Source: Raphidiopsis brookii D9 (GTDB lineage Bacteria > Cyanobacteriota > Cyanobacteriia > Cyanobacteriales > Nostocaceae). Taken from it: a stretch of 32,000 bases of DNA. The stretch covers positions 120,001 to 152,000 of the forward strand of contig ACYB01000035.1 in the NCBI GenBank assembly GCA_000175855.1, read 5' to 3'. Shown here piece after piece: positions 1 to 9,421 of this stretch (positions are counted from its first letter, which is position 1; each line of letters opens with the position of its first letter). The position numbers were made by a program, and so were the translations under genes. The notes below the pieces were generated by a model. That model ran no database searches, was not told the origin of the DNA, and saw only the letters and a program-made list of their open reading frames with translations.

Positions 1-14
1 GAAATGTCGGCGTT

Positions 15-914
15 ATGGCAAGTAGTAGGAAATTGCCATTTAGGAAAGTCAAAGTGGAATTTAATCAACAACTTTTAAAACATTACTGGAAACGTCACTT
101 AGAATCAGAACACCAACAGCCACATTTATTCAGTTCTGTGCACGTTTTTGACAGTTTGCCGTCAACAAATCAAATGGCGTGGCAATTATTGAGTCAAGGG
201 GAAAAACAGGGATGTGTAGTGATTGCCCAACAGCAAACTGGGGGAAAGGGACAGTGGGGAAGACAATGGCTATCTCCCCAGGGCGGATTATATATTTCCC
301 TGGGCATACCTTTACAACTGGAAGTTGCCAATGGGTATCAACTAACTTTGGCCAGTGCTTGGGGAATTGCATCCCAGTTAGAAAATTGTGGCGTGGAAGC
401 AAGAATAAAGTGGCCAAATGATTTAGTATTAAATCGTCGTAAACTGGGAGGGATTTTAACAGAAACTAAAGTTCAACAAGGACAAATTACCCAGGTGGTC
501 ATTGGCGTAGGTGTCAACTGGAAAAATCCCGTGCCAGAAACCGGTATTAACCTACATTCTTGGCAAAACGAGAATTTATCGCCAATTTCTGGACTAGAAA
601 TGCTTGCTGCTCAGGTTTTGCTGGGAATAGGGTTCGGTCTCGATTGTTGGCAAAAGGAAGGAATAAGCATTCTTTTGTCCCGTTATCTGGATTTACTTAT
701 CAATTTGGGTGATCAAGTATATGTCAATATCCCATTTTCAAAGGGAAATGAGGATCATTGGCTTGGAACTAGTGTTTTGGCTACCGTGGTTGGGGTTACA
801 CCCCAAGGTCATTTGCGCCTACAAACATCCGGAAATAGAGAGGAACTCACACAACGAGAAATTTCCCTCGAACCAGGTACAATCAGTTTGGGTTACACTC
901 AATTCTCTGTTTAG
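15..914 (+). CDS. birA: biotin--[acetyl-CoA-carboxylase] ligase (BirA family)
   Basis: 299-aa ORF. GGKGQWGRQW corresponds to the GRGRxGRxW biotin-binding loop. The block IKWPNDLVLNRRKLGGILTE is typical of biotin protein ligases. Internal ORFs 130..417(-) and 179..421(+) are overlapping noise. Confidence 0.85.
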   Translation: MASSRKLPFRKVKVEFNQQLLKHYWKRHLESEHQQPHLFSSVHVFDSLPSTNQMAWQLLSQGEKQGCVVIAQQQTGGKGQWGRQWLSPQGGLYISLGIPLQLEVANGYQLTLASAWGIASQLENCGVEARIKWPNDLVLNRRKLGGILTETKVQQGQITQVVIGVGVNWKNPVPETGINLHSWQNENLSPISGLEMLAAQVLLGIGFGLDCWQKEGISILLSRYLDLLINLGDQVYVNIPFSKGNEDHWLGTSVLATVVGVTPQGHLRLQTSGNREELTQREISLEPGTISLGYTQFSV

Positions 915-953
915 TCATACCATTCTTAAACTTACCCACAAATTAAGGAAAAA

Positions 954-2435
954 ATGTCCCATTCCCATAGATCTACTAAAAAGCAAAGACGGTATAATCG
1001 AAATTTAACAGGCAGACGTTTTGCTTGTACAGTACCTCTATCATGGTTGAGCAGTATTAGTTTAATAAGTGGTGGTTTTGTATTTGCCCAAACTGAATCA
1101 CCACTAAATAATATTGTCTCTACTGTGGAAGTTTCTCAACCAACTACGTTGGGAGATAAAGGGCAAAATGGTAATAAATCCGTACCAGTGGAATCAGAGT
1201 CAGAAAGTTCTCCAACTTCAGTAATCCTGAAGGTTCCCGTACCTCCTGTACAAAACTCACTACCTGAAGCATTATCAAATAGTACGCGATCGCTTGAGAA
1301 AACATCTACACCAGTCATTCCAGCAACTGGTGAAATTGGTAATAGCAACAGCCAGATTACAGGTAAGGATTATAATGGTAGCCAAATTGATCCCACCGAA
1401 TATAACGGAAATAGGAGTGATGAATATGATGCACCTAGCTCCGTGGAAGTTACGGTAAGAGATCAAGGTTGTAAAGTGGTTACCTCCCAGGTTAAAAAAT
1501 CTCCTGGTACTTGTACTCAAAAAAATCCCTCTAAACCATCAGTGGTAAATTCTACTCCAAAATCACCACCTACTTGGTTGACAAAAAGTTCACCTGCAAG
1601 TGTAAGCACAAGCCCGATTAAAACAATCCCCAATCACAACACAGGGGAAACTGTCATTTCCCAAAATCAGAATAGTCTAAAAGCCAATTCCCGTAATAGA
1701 AGCGCTGAAAGACAGGTTTATATGGAGATGAGTTTAAAAAAAGTTAGCTACAATCAACCTCGGATCCCTGACCCCAGGGAATTTTCTTCTAGCAAAATGG
1801 TCACCCCAAGCACTTCTGGTTTTGGCACCCTACCACCACCAATGATAGAAGGAAAGGTGCCACCCCGTCCCAGTAAGGTTTCCTATGATTTTGATCTGGC
1901 ATCGGTTTTACCAGAAGGCCCTTATATAGTTTCCTTTGCTGATAATAGCACTATTTCCAGTAGTATTTCGGGTTTTACATTTCCTTTATCTTTTGCAGCG
2001 CCTATTACCTCCGTATTTGGTTGGAGAACACATCCTATCACAGGCCATCGCCGTTTCCATACTGGGATGGATATTGCCGCACCCACAGGAACACCAATTT
2101 TGGCAGCAGAGAATGGACAAGTGGAAATGGCTGATTGGATGGGTGGTTATGGTTTAGCAGTAACTATTAATCATAGCCAGGGACAACAAACTCTTTACGG
2201 TCACATGTCGGAAATTTCAGTGCGTCCTGGACAATGGGTAGAGTCAGGAATGATCATCGGTCGTGTGGGTAGCACGGGTAACTCCACAGGTCCTCACCTT
2301 CATTTTGAGGTTCGTCACCTGAGTGCCAATGGCTGGGTTGCTGTGGATCCTAGCATGCAGTTACAGGACGGAATCAATAGTCTTTATAGTAGAGTTGCCT
2401 ACAACTACAACCCCCAAAGCAAACAACTACGATAA
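954..2435 (+). CDS. M23 family (LytM-type) metallopeptidase with a long low-complexity N-terminal region
   Basis: 493-aa ORF. The C-terminal part has M23 zinc-site motifs: HTGMDIAAPTGTPILAAENGQV and GSTGNSTGPHLHFEV. There is an N-terminal hydrophobic segment (LSWLSSISLISGGFVFA) followed by about 280 aa rich in S/P/T/N. Confidence 0.85.
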   Translation: MSHSHRSTKKQRRYNRNLTGRRFACTVPLSWLSSISLISGGFVFAQTESPLNNIVSTVEVSQPTTLGDKGQNGNKSVPVESESESSPTSVILKVPVPPVQNSLPEALSNSTRSLEKTSTPVIPATGEIGNSNSQITGKDYNGSQIDPTEYNGNRSDEYDAPSSVEVTVRDQGCKVVTSQVKKSPGTCTQKNPSKPSVVNSTPKSPPTWLTKSSPASVSTSPIKTIPNHNTGETVISQNQNSLKANSRNRSAERQVYMEMSLKKVSYNQPRIPDPREFSSSKMVTPSTSGFGTLPPPMIEGKVPPRPSKVSYDFDLASVLPEGPYIVSFADNSTISSSISGFTFPLSFAAPITSVFGWRTHPITGHRRFHTGMDIAAPTGTPILAAENGQVEMADWMGGYGLAVTINHSQGQQTLYGHMSEISVRPGQWVESGMIIGRVGSTGNSTGPHLHFEVRHLSANGWVAVDPSMQLQDGINSLYSRVAYNYNPQSKQLR

Positions 2436-2459
2436 AGCTGTTTCCAAAATGGTACAAGC

Positions 2460-3134
2460 CTAGACATAACCATGTTCCATTAAAAACCCTAGTGTGATTT
2501 CCTCTGGAGCTTGATGTTCTTGGTGTGACATGGAAAGGAACTTTTCTACATATTTACCGAGGATATCAGCTTCCAGATTCACCCAACTACTGTGGACTAA
2601 ACAGTTCAGATTAGTTTCTGAGTATGTGACTGGAATTACAGCTACAGTGAACTGGTAGTGTTCAGGCTGATATCTGGCCACCGTGAGACTAATGCCATTA
2701 ATAGCGATGCTACCTTTGGGAACAATATAGCGAGCTATGTCAGGTGGTGCAATAAAAGTCATTTCCCAAGAGCTGGCTGTTTGTGTTGAGGAAACTAACT
2801 CACCAATTCCATCCACATGACCCATAACAAAGTGACCCCCTACCTTACCCCCCACGCGTAGGGAAGTTTCCAAATTCACATATCTACTCTGAACCTCCTT
2901 TGTGCCTAAAGTTGTTCGCTGTAGGGTTTCCGGTGAAGCAGTGGCGATAAAGCCCTCCTGGAGAAGTTCTTCTACTGTTAGACATACACCATCTACGGAT
3001 ACACTATCACCATAATTTAAATCTTTGATAATTGAACTTATAGGACTTGTTAACGAATTAATAAGTGTAATCTGCCATAAATCCCCTGACAAAGGTTTAA
3101 TCTTACCTAGTCCTTGAATCAAGCCTGTAAACAT
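2460..3134 (-). CDS. ribE: riboflavin synthase alpha chain
   Basis: 224-aa ORF starting MFTGLIQGLGKI. It has the duplicated lumazine-binding half-domains (GDSVSVDGVCLTV and GSIAINGISLTV) characteristic of riboflavin synthase. Confidence 0.9.
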   Translation of the reverse strand: MFTGLIQGLGKIKPLSGDLWQITLINSLTSPISSIIKDLNYGDSVSVDGVCLTVEELLQEGFIATASPETLQRTTLGTKEVQSRYVNLETSLRVGGKVGGHFVMGHVDGIGELVSSTQTASSWEMTFIAPPDIARYIVPKGSIAINGISLTVARYQPEHYQFTVAVIPVTYSETNLNCLVHSSWVNLEADILGKYVEKFLSMSHQEHQAPEEITLGFLMEHGYV

Positions 3135-3534
3135 AATTAACCTGCCAAATTAACTCTAATTGTGTCACAATCTGCCGTTTTGAGGAAAAAAAAGCAGTAA
3201 TTGCGCATAAAAATCTTCAAAACTTCTCCAATCTTACAGACACTTCCAAACAATTGGTCAAATTTTCCCAACTGATTAAAATTCACACATTCACATCAAT
3301 CTCAAGGCATACTTGATTAAGATGATAATTGTGGAGGAGGATAATTTGGCCTAGGTCATTAGCAATAATAAAGTCTAGATAAAGTCCAGATGGTCTGGGT
3401 TTTATTCAGCAGTCTAATACAAGTCATTCTAGAGAAGAAAAACCTTATGTTTGCTTCTGTTTCACCCAACTGGCTCAAAGGTAATTTCTACCACATAGCA
3501 CTCACGCTAAACAAGGATTTGAGAGGGTTAGCCA

Positions 3535-4032
3535 ATGATTGAAATGAGAGTCGCTGGTATAGCATTAGATGCCATAACCCGCACCCCGATCGTACTCCTG
3601 AAAGATAGTTCAGACCGTCGAGCTTTACCAATCTACATTGGTCAAGAGCAAGCTAGAGCTATCATGGGTGCTATGGAGCATCAAAAACCACCCAGACCTC
3701 TAACTCATGACCTCATGGTCAATATTTTGGAAGTATGGGATATGACCCTAGAAAAGGTCATTATTCATTCTTTACAAAAGGATACTTTCTATGCAGCTTT
3801 AATTGTTCAGCAAGGTGATGTGAAAAAGGAGATTGATTCTCGTCCCAGTGATGCGATCGCCATTGCTTTACGTACAAATTCGCCTATTTGGGTGATGGAA
3901 GAAGTGGTGGCGGATGCTTCTATTCCTGTAAACCGTGATGCTGATGAAGCTGAACAGGAAGCGTTTCGGGAATTTGTTTCCAATCTTCGTCCAGAGGATT
4001 TAATTAAACGATTTGGCAATAGTGATGGTTAA
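3535..4032 (+). CDS. bifunctional nuclease family protein (DUF151/BFN domain)
   Basis: 165-aa ORF. MRVAGIALDAITRTPIVLLKD...LPIYIGQEQARAI...RPLTHDL...RPSDAIAIALR matches the DUF151 pattern conserved in cyanobacteria. Confidence 0.75.
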   Translation: MIEMRVAGIALDAITRTPIVLLKDSSDRRALPIYIGQEQARAIMGAMEHQKPPRPLTHDLMVNILEVWDMTLEKVIIHSLQKDTFYAALIVQQGDVKKEIDSRPSDAIAIALRTNSPIWVMEEVVADASIPVNRDADEAEQEAFREFVSNLRPEDLIKRFGNSDG

Positions 4033-4108
4033 GGTGTTCACTGACCATTTTTGACCATGCTTCTTCTACAGCCATTTCTATAGTGGAACTACTCTCTAAA
4101 TTTGGGTC

Positions 4109-5239
4109 ATGAAATACCGTCGTTTTGGTAAAACTAATTTAGAATTATCCGTGTTTTCTCTGGGGACAATGCGGTGTATAACTGATGTGGAAATTTTCCA
4201 TCACACTATAGAAAAGGCTTTAGAATGGGGAATTAATCATTTGGAGACTGCTAGGGGTTACGGTAAAAGTGAGGAGTATTTAGGTACAGCTATTAAAACA
4301 GGTTTATCAGTACCCCGAAGTCGATTTCATATTACAACTAAAATTCCTCCTTGTGCAGATAATAGCACTATGGAGCGACATATTAATGAGTCTTTAGAGA
4401 AACTAAATGTTGATTATTTAGATGCTTTGGGTATTCATGGCTTGAATACAGAGCAGCATTGGCAATGGGTAAAGTCTAATAACGGCTGTATGAAAGCTAT
4501 ACAGAAAGCAATAGAAGATGGTAGAATTAAACATGTTGGTTTTTCTACCCATGGTAGTTTAAAGATTATTTTGGATGCCATTAATACAGATTATTTTGAG
4601 TTTGTGAATTTGCATTATTATTATTTTTTCCAGCGCAATAATTTAGCGGTTACAGCAGCAATAGAAAAAGATATGGGTGTATTTATTATTTCTCCTGCAG
4701 ATAAGGGTGGGAGACTGTATACACCATCGGATAAATTAAAGGAACTGTGTCAACCGTTCACTCCTCTGGAATTGAATTATCGGTTTTTGTTGAGTGATTC
4801 GCGAATTACTACCCTAAGTGTAGGTGCTGCAAATCCAGAGGAATTAAGCTTACCCTTGGCAGTTTGTGATAATATTAGTAATTTAACACCAGCAGAAGTC
4901 AAAGTTTTTAAAAACTTAGAAAATTACCAAACCCAAATTTTGGGAACTGATAAATGTAGTCAGTGTTATGATTGTTTACCCTGTCCAGAAAATATCAACA
5001 TCCCTGAGATATTAAGGTTACGAAATTTAACAGTTGCCTACAATATGATTGATTATGGCAAATATCGTTATGGAATGTTGGAAAATGCTGGTCATTGGTT
5101 TCTTGGTATGAGGGGAAACCGATGCACAGAGTGTGGTGATTGCTTACCCAAATGTCCTGAGAATTTGGATATTCCTCATTTGTTGCAAAATGCCCATGAA
5201 ACATTAAATGGCAAAACCAGCAGAAGATTATGGGATTAA
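4109..5239 (+). CDS. aldo/keto reductase with C-terminal 4Fe-4S-binding region
   Basis: 376-aa ORF. The N-terminal AKR fold has GINHLETARGYGKSEEYLG. The C-terminus carries two Cys clusters, CSQCYDCLPCP and CTECGDCLPKCP (CxxCxxCxxxCP type). Confidence 0.8.
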   Translation: MKYRRFGKTNLELSVFSLGTMRCITDVEIFHHTIEKALEWGINHLETARGYGKSEEYLGTAIKTGLSVPRSRFHITTKIPPCADNSTMERHINESLEKLNVDYLDALGIHGLNTEQHWQWVKSNNGCMKAIQKAIEDGRIKHVGFSTHGSLKIILDAINTDYFEFVNLHYYYFFQRNNLAVTAAIEKDMGVFIISPADKGGRLYTPSDKLKELCQPFTPLELNYRFLLSDSRITTLSVGAANPEELSLPLAVCDNISNLTPAEVKVFKNLENYQTQILGTDKCSQCYDCLPCPENINIPEILRLRNLTVAYNMIDYGKYRYGMLENAGHWFLGMRGNRCTECGDCLPKCPENLDIPHLLQNAHETLNGKTSRRLWD

Positions 5240-5370
5240 ATCATCCCTATAACCTTGGCGATCGCATTTATTGGATTAAGCTGTCATGCAGCTAGATTAT
5301 ATAATAGAAAATTAAGTAATCAAGCGATCGCCCCGTAAATTATGCCAGCAAAAAACCATTTATCCAAAGA

Positions 5371-5394
5371 GAGGTTAAAGAAAAGTTTTAACCT
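5371..5394. terminator. possible bidirectional hairpin between the convergent AKR and pdxH genes
   Basis: Perfect 9-bp stem, gaggttaaa (5371-5379) and tttaacctc (5386-5394), with a 6-nt loop. There is no clean U-tract directly after it on either strand, so the terminator call is weak. Confidence 0.25.
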
Positions 5395-5566
5395 CCCAAT
5401 ATCATTTCATTGCTCCTGATTTTTTATTTGGTTGACACCCAATTGAGACAGAATAATTGCCAAGCGCTCTAGTGTCTCCGGTGAAAGTCCTTCTAAGAAG
5501 TCTGGAGGAGAATATTGCTTTATTATTTCTTCAGTCGGTGTAATAAGTAATATATTAATAACATAT

Positions 5567-6211
5567 TTAAGGGGACAATCGCTCTATCTTCCAATCATGA
5601 TTATGCAACCGGGTATACAGTAATCTATCGTGTAAACGACTAGAGCGCCCCTGCCAAAATTCAATTTGCTGAGGAATCACTCGAAACCCTCCCCAGTGAG
5701 GAGGTCGGGGTATTAATTGATTTTCATATTGCTGCTCAAGTTCTGCCAATTTTGATTGCAAAAACTCCCGATGGGGAATGACTTCACTTTGATTAGAAGC
5801 CCAAGCACCCAAGCGACTGCCATGGGGACGCACTTCAAAATACCCATCAGACTCTTGGGGGGAAATTCTTTCCACCCCACCAACGATTCTTACCTGACGC
5901 TCCAATTGTGCCCACCAAAAGACTAATGATGCATGGGGATTTATCGCTAACTCTTGTCCTTTATGACTATTATAGTTAGTAAACAACACAAAACCTCTCT
6001 CGTCAAAGTCTTTTAATAAGACCATTCTGGCTGAAGGTTTGCCGTCAGAGCTGCAAGTTGCCAGGGTCATGGCATTAGGTTCGGGTAATTCCGCTGCTAT
6101 AGCTTGATCAAACCACATTCTAAATTGTACAAGGGGATTTACATTAATACTTTTCTCGTCTAGTTCTTGTAAAGAGTAGTCCTGTCTAAGATCCGCTATA
6201 GTTCTATCCAT
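5567..6211 (-). CDS. pdxH: pyridoxamine 5'-phosphate oxidase
   Basis: 214-aa ORF. It has the hallmark C-terminal [25 protein letters not shown] and the [18 protein letters not shown] block. Confidence 0.9.
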   Translation of the reverse strand: MDRTIADLRQDYSLQELDEKSINVNPLVQFRMWFDQAIAAELPEPNAMTLATCSSDGKPSARMVLLKDFDERGFVLFTNYNSHKGQELAINPHASLVFWWAQLERQVRIVGGVERISPQESDGYFEVRPHGSRLGAWASNQSEVIPHREFLQSKLAELEQQYENQLIPRPPHWGGFRVIPQQIEFWQGRSSRLHDRLLYTRLHNHDWKIERLSP

Positions 6212-6234
6212 TTTTGTGTTCCTGATTACTAAAC

Positions 6235-7282
6235 ATGCGACTTTCAGCTTCCTTGCAAACTATATTAACATACGGACTGGCTTGCCCACTTATCGCTGTG
6301 AATGTTTGGTTACTCTCTTTGTTGTTCCACTACTTCCAGCATCCAATTACTATTCTCAGCATCGCAGCTATTTTAGCTTTTCTGCTTAACTACCCTGTCC
6401 AGTTACTGGAAAAGGCCAGGATTACTAGAACTTACTCAGTAATCATAGTTTTAGTCATCACTTTAACCCTATTGGTGATTCTAGGTTTTACCCTAGTCCC
6501 CATGTTAGTGGAACAAACAACCCAGCTGCTCAGGAATATCCCTGATTGGGTGACTTCCAGTCAAGAAAATCTAAGTAAGTTACAGGTTTTAGCTCGTCAG
6601 AAGCGCTTACATATTGATTTTAGTGTGGTTAGCAGTCAAATCAATGCCAGTGTGCAAAACATTCTACAACAAATTGCCTCCGGTGCAGTGGGTTTTGCTG
6701 GAACTTTATTGTCCGCACTGTTAAATATAGTTCTAGTCGTCGTATTGGCATTCTATATGCTAATATATGGCGATCGCTTGTGGTCTGGGTTAATTAATCA
6801 ACTACCATCCTATATTGGATTACCCCTGAGCAAATCCTTACAATTGAATTTTCATAACTTTTTTTTTGAGTCAACTGTTGTTAGCATTATTCATGGTAAT
6901 TGCTTTAACACCAATTTTTTTATTTTTAAGAGTTCCCTTTGCTCTATTATTTGCGATTATTATAGGAATCTCCGAACTAGTTCCTGTGATTGGTGCTACT
7001 TTGGGTATAGGGTTAGTGACCTTACTAGTATCCTTACAGACTTGGTGGTTAGCATTTCCAGTAGCAATGGTGGCAATTATCATACAACAGATCAGAGATA
7101 ATATCCTAGCACCCAAATTACTTGGTAATTTTACCGGACTCAATCCCCTATGGATTTTCATTGCCATTTTGATGGGATTTGAAATTGGGGGTTTGCTGGG
7201 GACTTTAGTCGCAGTACCGATTGCGGGTACTATCAAGAGTACAATTGATGCTATTAAAAACAACAAATCTGGAATAACTTAG
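6235..7282 (+). pseudogene. AI-2E family transporter (PerM/YhhT-like), split by a 1-nt frameshift in a T9 run
   Basis: ORF 6235..7101 (frame 1) loses membrane-protein character after ...LQLNFHNFFF. ORF 6866..7282 (frame 2) carries the typical AI-2E C-terminus (ISELVPVIGATLG...AVPIAGTIK). The frames join at the T9 run 6859-6867. Removing one T gives HNFFLSQLLLALF and a 348-aa protein. Confidence 0.8.
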
Positions 7283-7311
7283 AATAAACTGGTTTTTAAT
7301 TATACATTTCC

Positions 7312-8118
7312 ATGGATGCCAAAGATCTGTTAGCAACAATTAACAACCTGATTGAACAGGCCAAAAGGGGAGAGATAGATCCCTGGGATGTGGAGGTAGT
7401 GAAGGTAATTGACCGGTATTTAGAATTCATGTCACCCCAAACTATCACTCAAGGTTATGAATCAGATTTGCACCAGTCCGGTCAGGCTTTTCTATCCGCA
7501 TCTATGCTTGTTCTTTTTAAAGCAAATACTTTAATGGAATTGTCAAGAATAGATAGTGAAATAGATAATAGTTCTGAAGATGTAGTTACAGATGATAACA
7601 ATACAGAGTCACATAGTATGAGGTTGCAATTAGAGAGGCAATTGAGAAGGCGCACTGCTGCCATGCCACCACCTAAGCGTCGCGTTACTCTGGTAGAATT
7701 AATCGAGCAGTTACAGATTATGGCCAGTCAGCTAAAGGAAGTGGAGAAGCCAAACAAGTGTGAGCGACTCAGGCGTCAGCCAAGTATGAAAACCATGAAA
7801 GCGGCCCTAGAATTAGCTCACCAAGAAAATCTTACCCAGGTTGCTGTGGAAGTGGAACAGGTGTTGGTTCTAGCAGCAAAAGAAGAAAATTCATCAGAAT
7901 CATCCTGGGGGTTAGAAGAACTGGTACAGTTGTGGAGTGGTACAAAACAAACAAATCAGGTGGATAGAAAATCTAGCAGTGAGCACGATTCTGAACATGG
8001 TAACCTAGTCAGCGTCTTTTGGGCACTATTACTCCTTTGTGCCCAGTCTAAAGTAGAGCTATTCCAGGAAGAATTTTATCAAGAAGTCAAAGTGCGGTTA
8101 TTGGTGAGCCAGCTATAA
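7312..8118 (+). CDS. scpA: segregation and condensation protein A (ScpA-like kleisin)
   Basis: 268-aa ORF. The N-terminal LIEQAKRGEIDPWDVEVVKVIDRYL and the C-terminal winged-helix-like region (VSVFWALLLLCAQSKVELFQEEFY) resemble the cyanobacterial ScpA pattern. The acidic middle part is variable. Confidence 0.7.
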   Translation: MDAKDLLATINNLIEQAKRGEIDPWDVEVVKVIDRYLEFMSPQTITQGYESDLHQSGQAFLSASMLVLFKANTLMELSRIDSEIDNSSEDVVTDDNNTESHSMRLQLERQLRRRTAAMPPPKRRVTLVELIEQLQIMASQLKEVEKPNKCERLRRQPSMKTMKAALELAHQENLTQVAVEVEQVLVLAAKEENSSESSWGLEELVQLWSGTKQTNQVDRKSSSEHDSEHGNLVSVFWALLLLCAQSKVELFQEEFYQEVKVRLLVSQL

Positions 8119-8221
8119 CTAAAAATCCGTCGTTGCCAAAAAGTATTGGATAATCAAACTATAATTGGGTATTTTGATGATAACAAACTGGCTTGTGGTT
8201 GAGGAACAGGAGTAACATTTT

Positions 8222-9390
8222 ATGAAGGCAATGATTCTAGCAGCGGGTAAAGGCACTCGTGTACGCCCCATTACATATACCATTCCTAAACCAATGATTC
8301 CCATTCTACAAAAGCCAGTAATGGAGTTTTTGCTAGAGTTGTTACGTAAACATGGGTTTGACCAGATTATGGTTAATGTGAGCCATTTAGCTGAGGAGAT
8401 AGAAAATTATTTCCGTGATGGTCAAAGGTTCGGAGTGCAGATTGGTTATTCTTTTGAGGGTAAAATAGACGATCAAGGGAAATTAGTGGGGAAGTTATTG
8501 GTTCAGCTGGGGGAATGCGACGTATCCAGGATTTCTCACCTTTTTTTGATGACACATTTGTGGTTTTGTGTGGTGATGCTTTAATTGATTTAGACCTAAC
8601 TGCAGCAGTAAAATGGCATAGGTCTAGGGGTGCAATGGCTACTATTATTACTAAGTCTGTTCCCCAAGAGGAAGTTTCTAGTTATGGCGTGGTGGTCACA
8701 GATAACGAAAACCGAGTGCGAGCTTTTCAGGAAAAACCATCCGTTGAAGAAGCTCTCAGCACCAATATTAACACGGGTATTTATATCTTTGAGCCAGAAG
8801 TATTTAAGTATATCCCATCGGGGGTTCAATATGACATTGGTAGTCAGTTGTTCCCCCACCTGGTAGAAATTAATGCTCCCTTTTATGCTATCCCCATGGA
8901 TTTTGAATGGGTAGATATTGGCAAAGTACCTGACTATTGGCGCGCAATTCGCGGTGTTTTGCTGGGAGAAATTAAAAATGTGCAAATCCCCGGTTATCAA
9001 GTGGCTCCCAGTATTTATACTGGTTTAAATGTAGCTGTAAATTGGGATCGGGTGGATATTACTGGACCTGTTTATATTGGTGCTATGACTCGAATTGAAG
9101 ATGGGGCCAAAATTGTCGGACCATCCATGATTGGACCAAATTGCTGGATTTGTGGTGGTGTGACTGTGGATAATAGCGTAATTTTTGAATGGTCTCGCTT
9201 AGGTCCGGGAGTTCGCTTGATCGATAAGTTGGTATTTGGACGCTATTGTGTAGATAAGATGGGCACCGCAATTGATGTGCAAGCAGCAGCTTTAGACTGG
9301 CTAATTACTGATGCACGTCAAACCCCACCCGCTGAAATTCCTCCAGAACACCAAGCGATCGCCGAGTTCTTGGGAGGAATTACAGTTTAG
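8222..9390 (+). pseudogene. sugar-phosphate nucleotidyltransferase (mannose-1-phosphate guanylyltransferase-like, with C-terminal left-handed beta-helix), split by a 1-nt frameshift
   Basis: ORF 8222..8584 starts MKAMILAAGKGTRVRPITYTIPKPM (the NTP-transferase G-loop). ORF 8515..9390 continues the fold (FVVLCGDALIDLDL...YGVVV...). The second frame is already open from 8464 and reads GEVIGSAGGMRRIQ. The junction is at the G4 run 8488-8491. Adding one G gives a 389-aa protein. Confidence 0.8.
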
Positions 9391-9421
9391 GAAATGGTAG
9401 GGGAATGGGGAATAACCTTGA

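Noticed and set aside
3135-3534. Possible FMN (RFN) riboswitch or other leader in the 400-bp divergent spacer next to ribE. The segment aaagtccagatgg (~3380-3395) faintly resembles the 3' part of RFN.
   Set aside because: The motif is on the wrong strand for ribE, and the conserved RFN core helices were not found on either strand. A 31-codon uORF (3447-3542) overlapping the DUF151 start has no support either.
6871-7266. 131-aa minus-strand ORF antisense to the AI-2E transporter C-terminus.
   Set aside because: It is the mirror of a hydrophobic membrane-protein coding region. The sense-strand frame has clear family similarity and the antisense frame does not.
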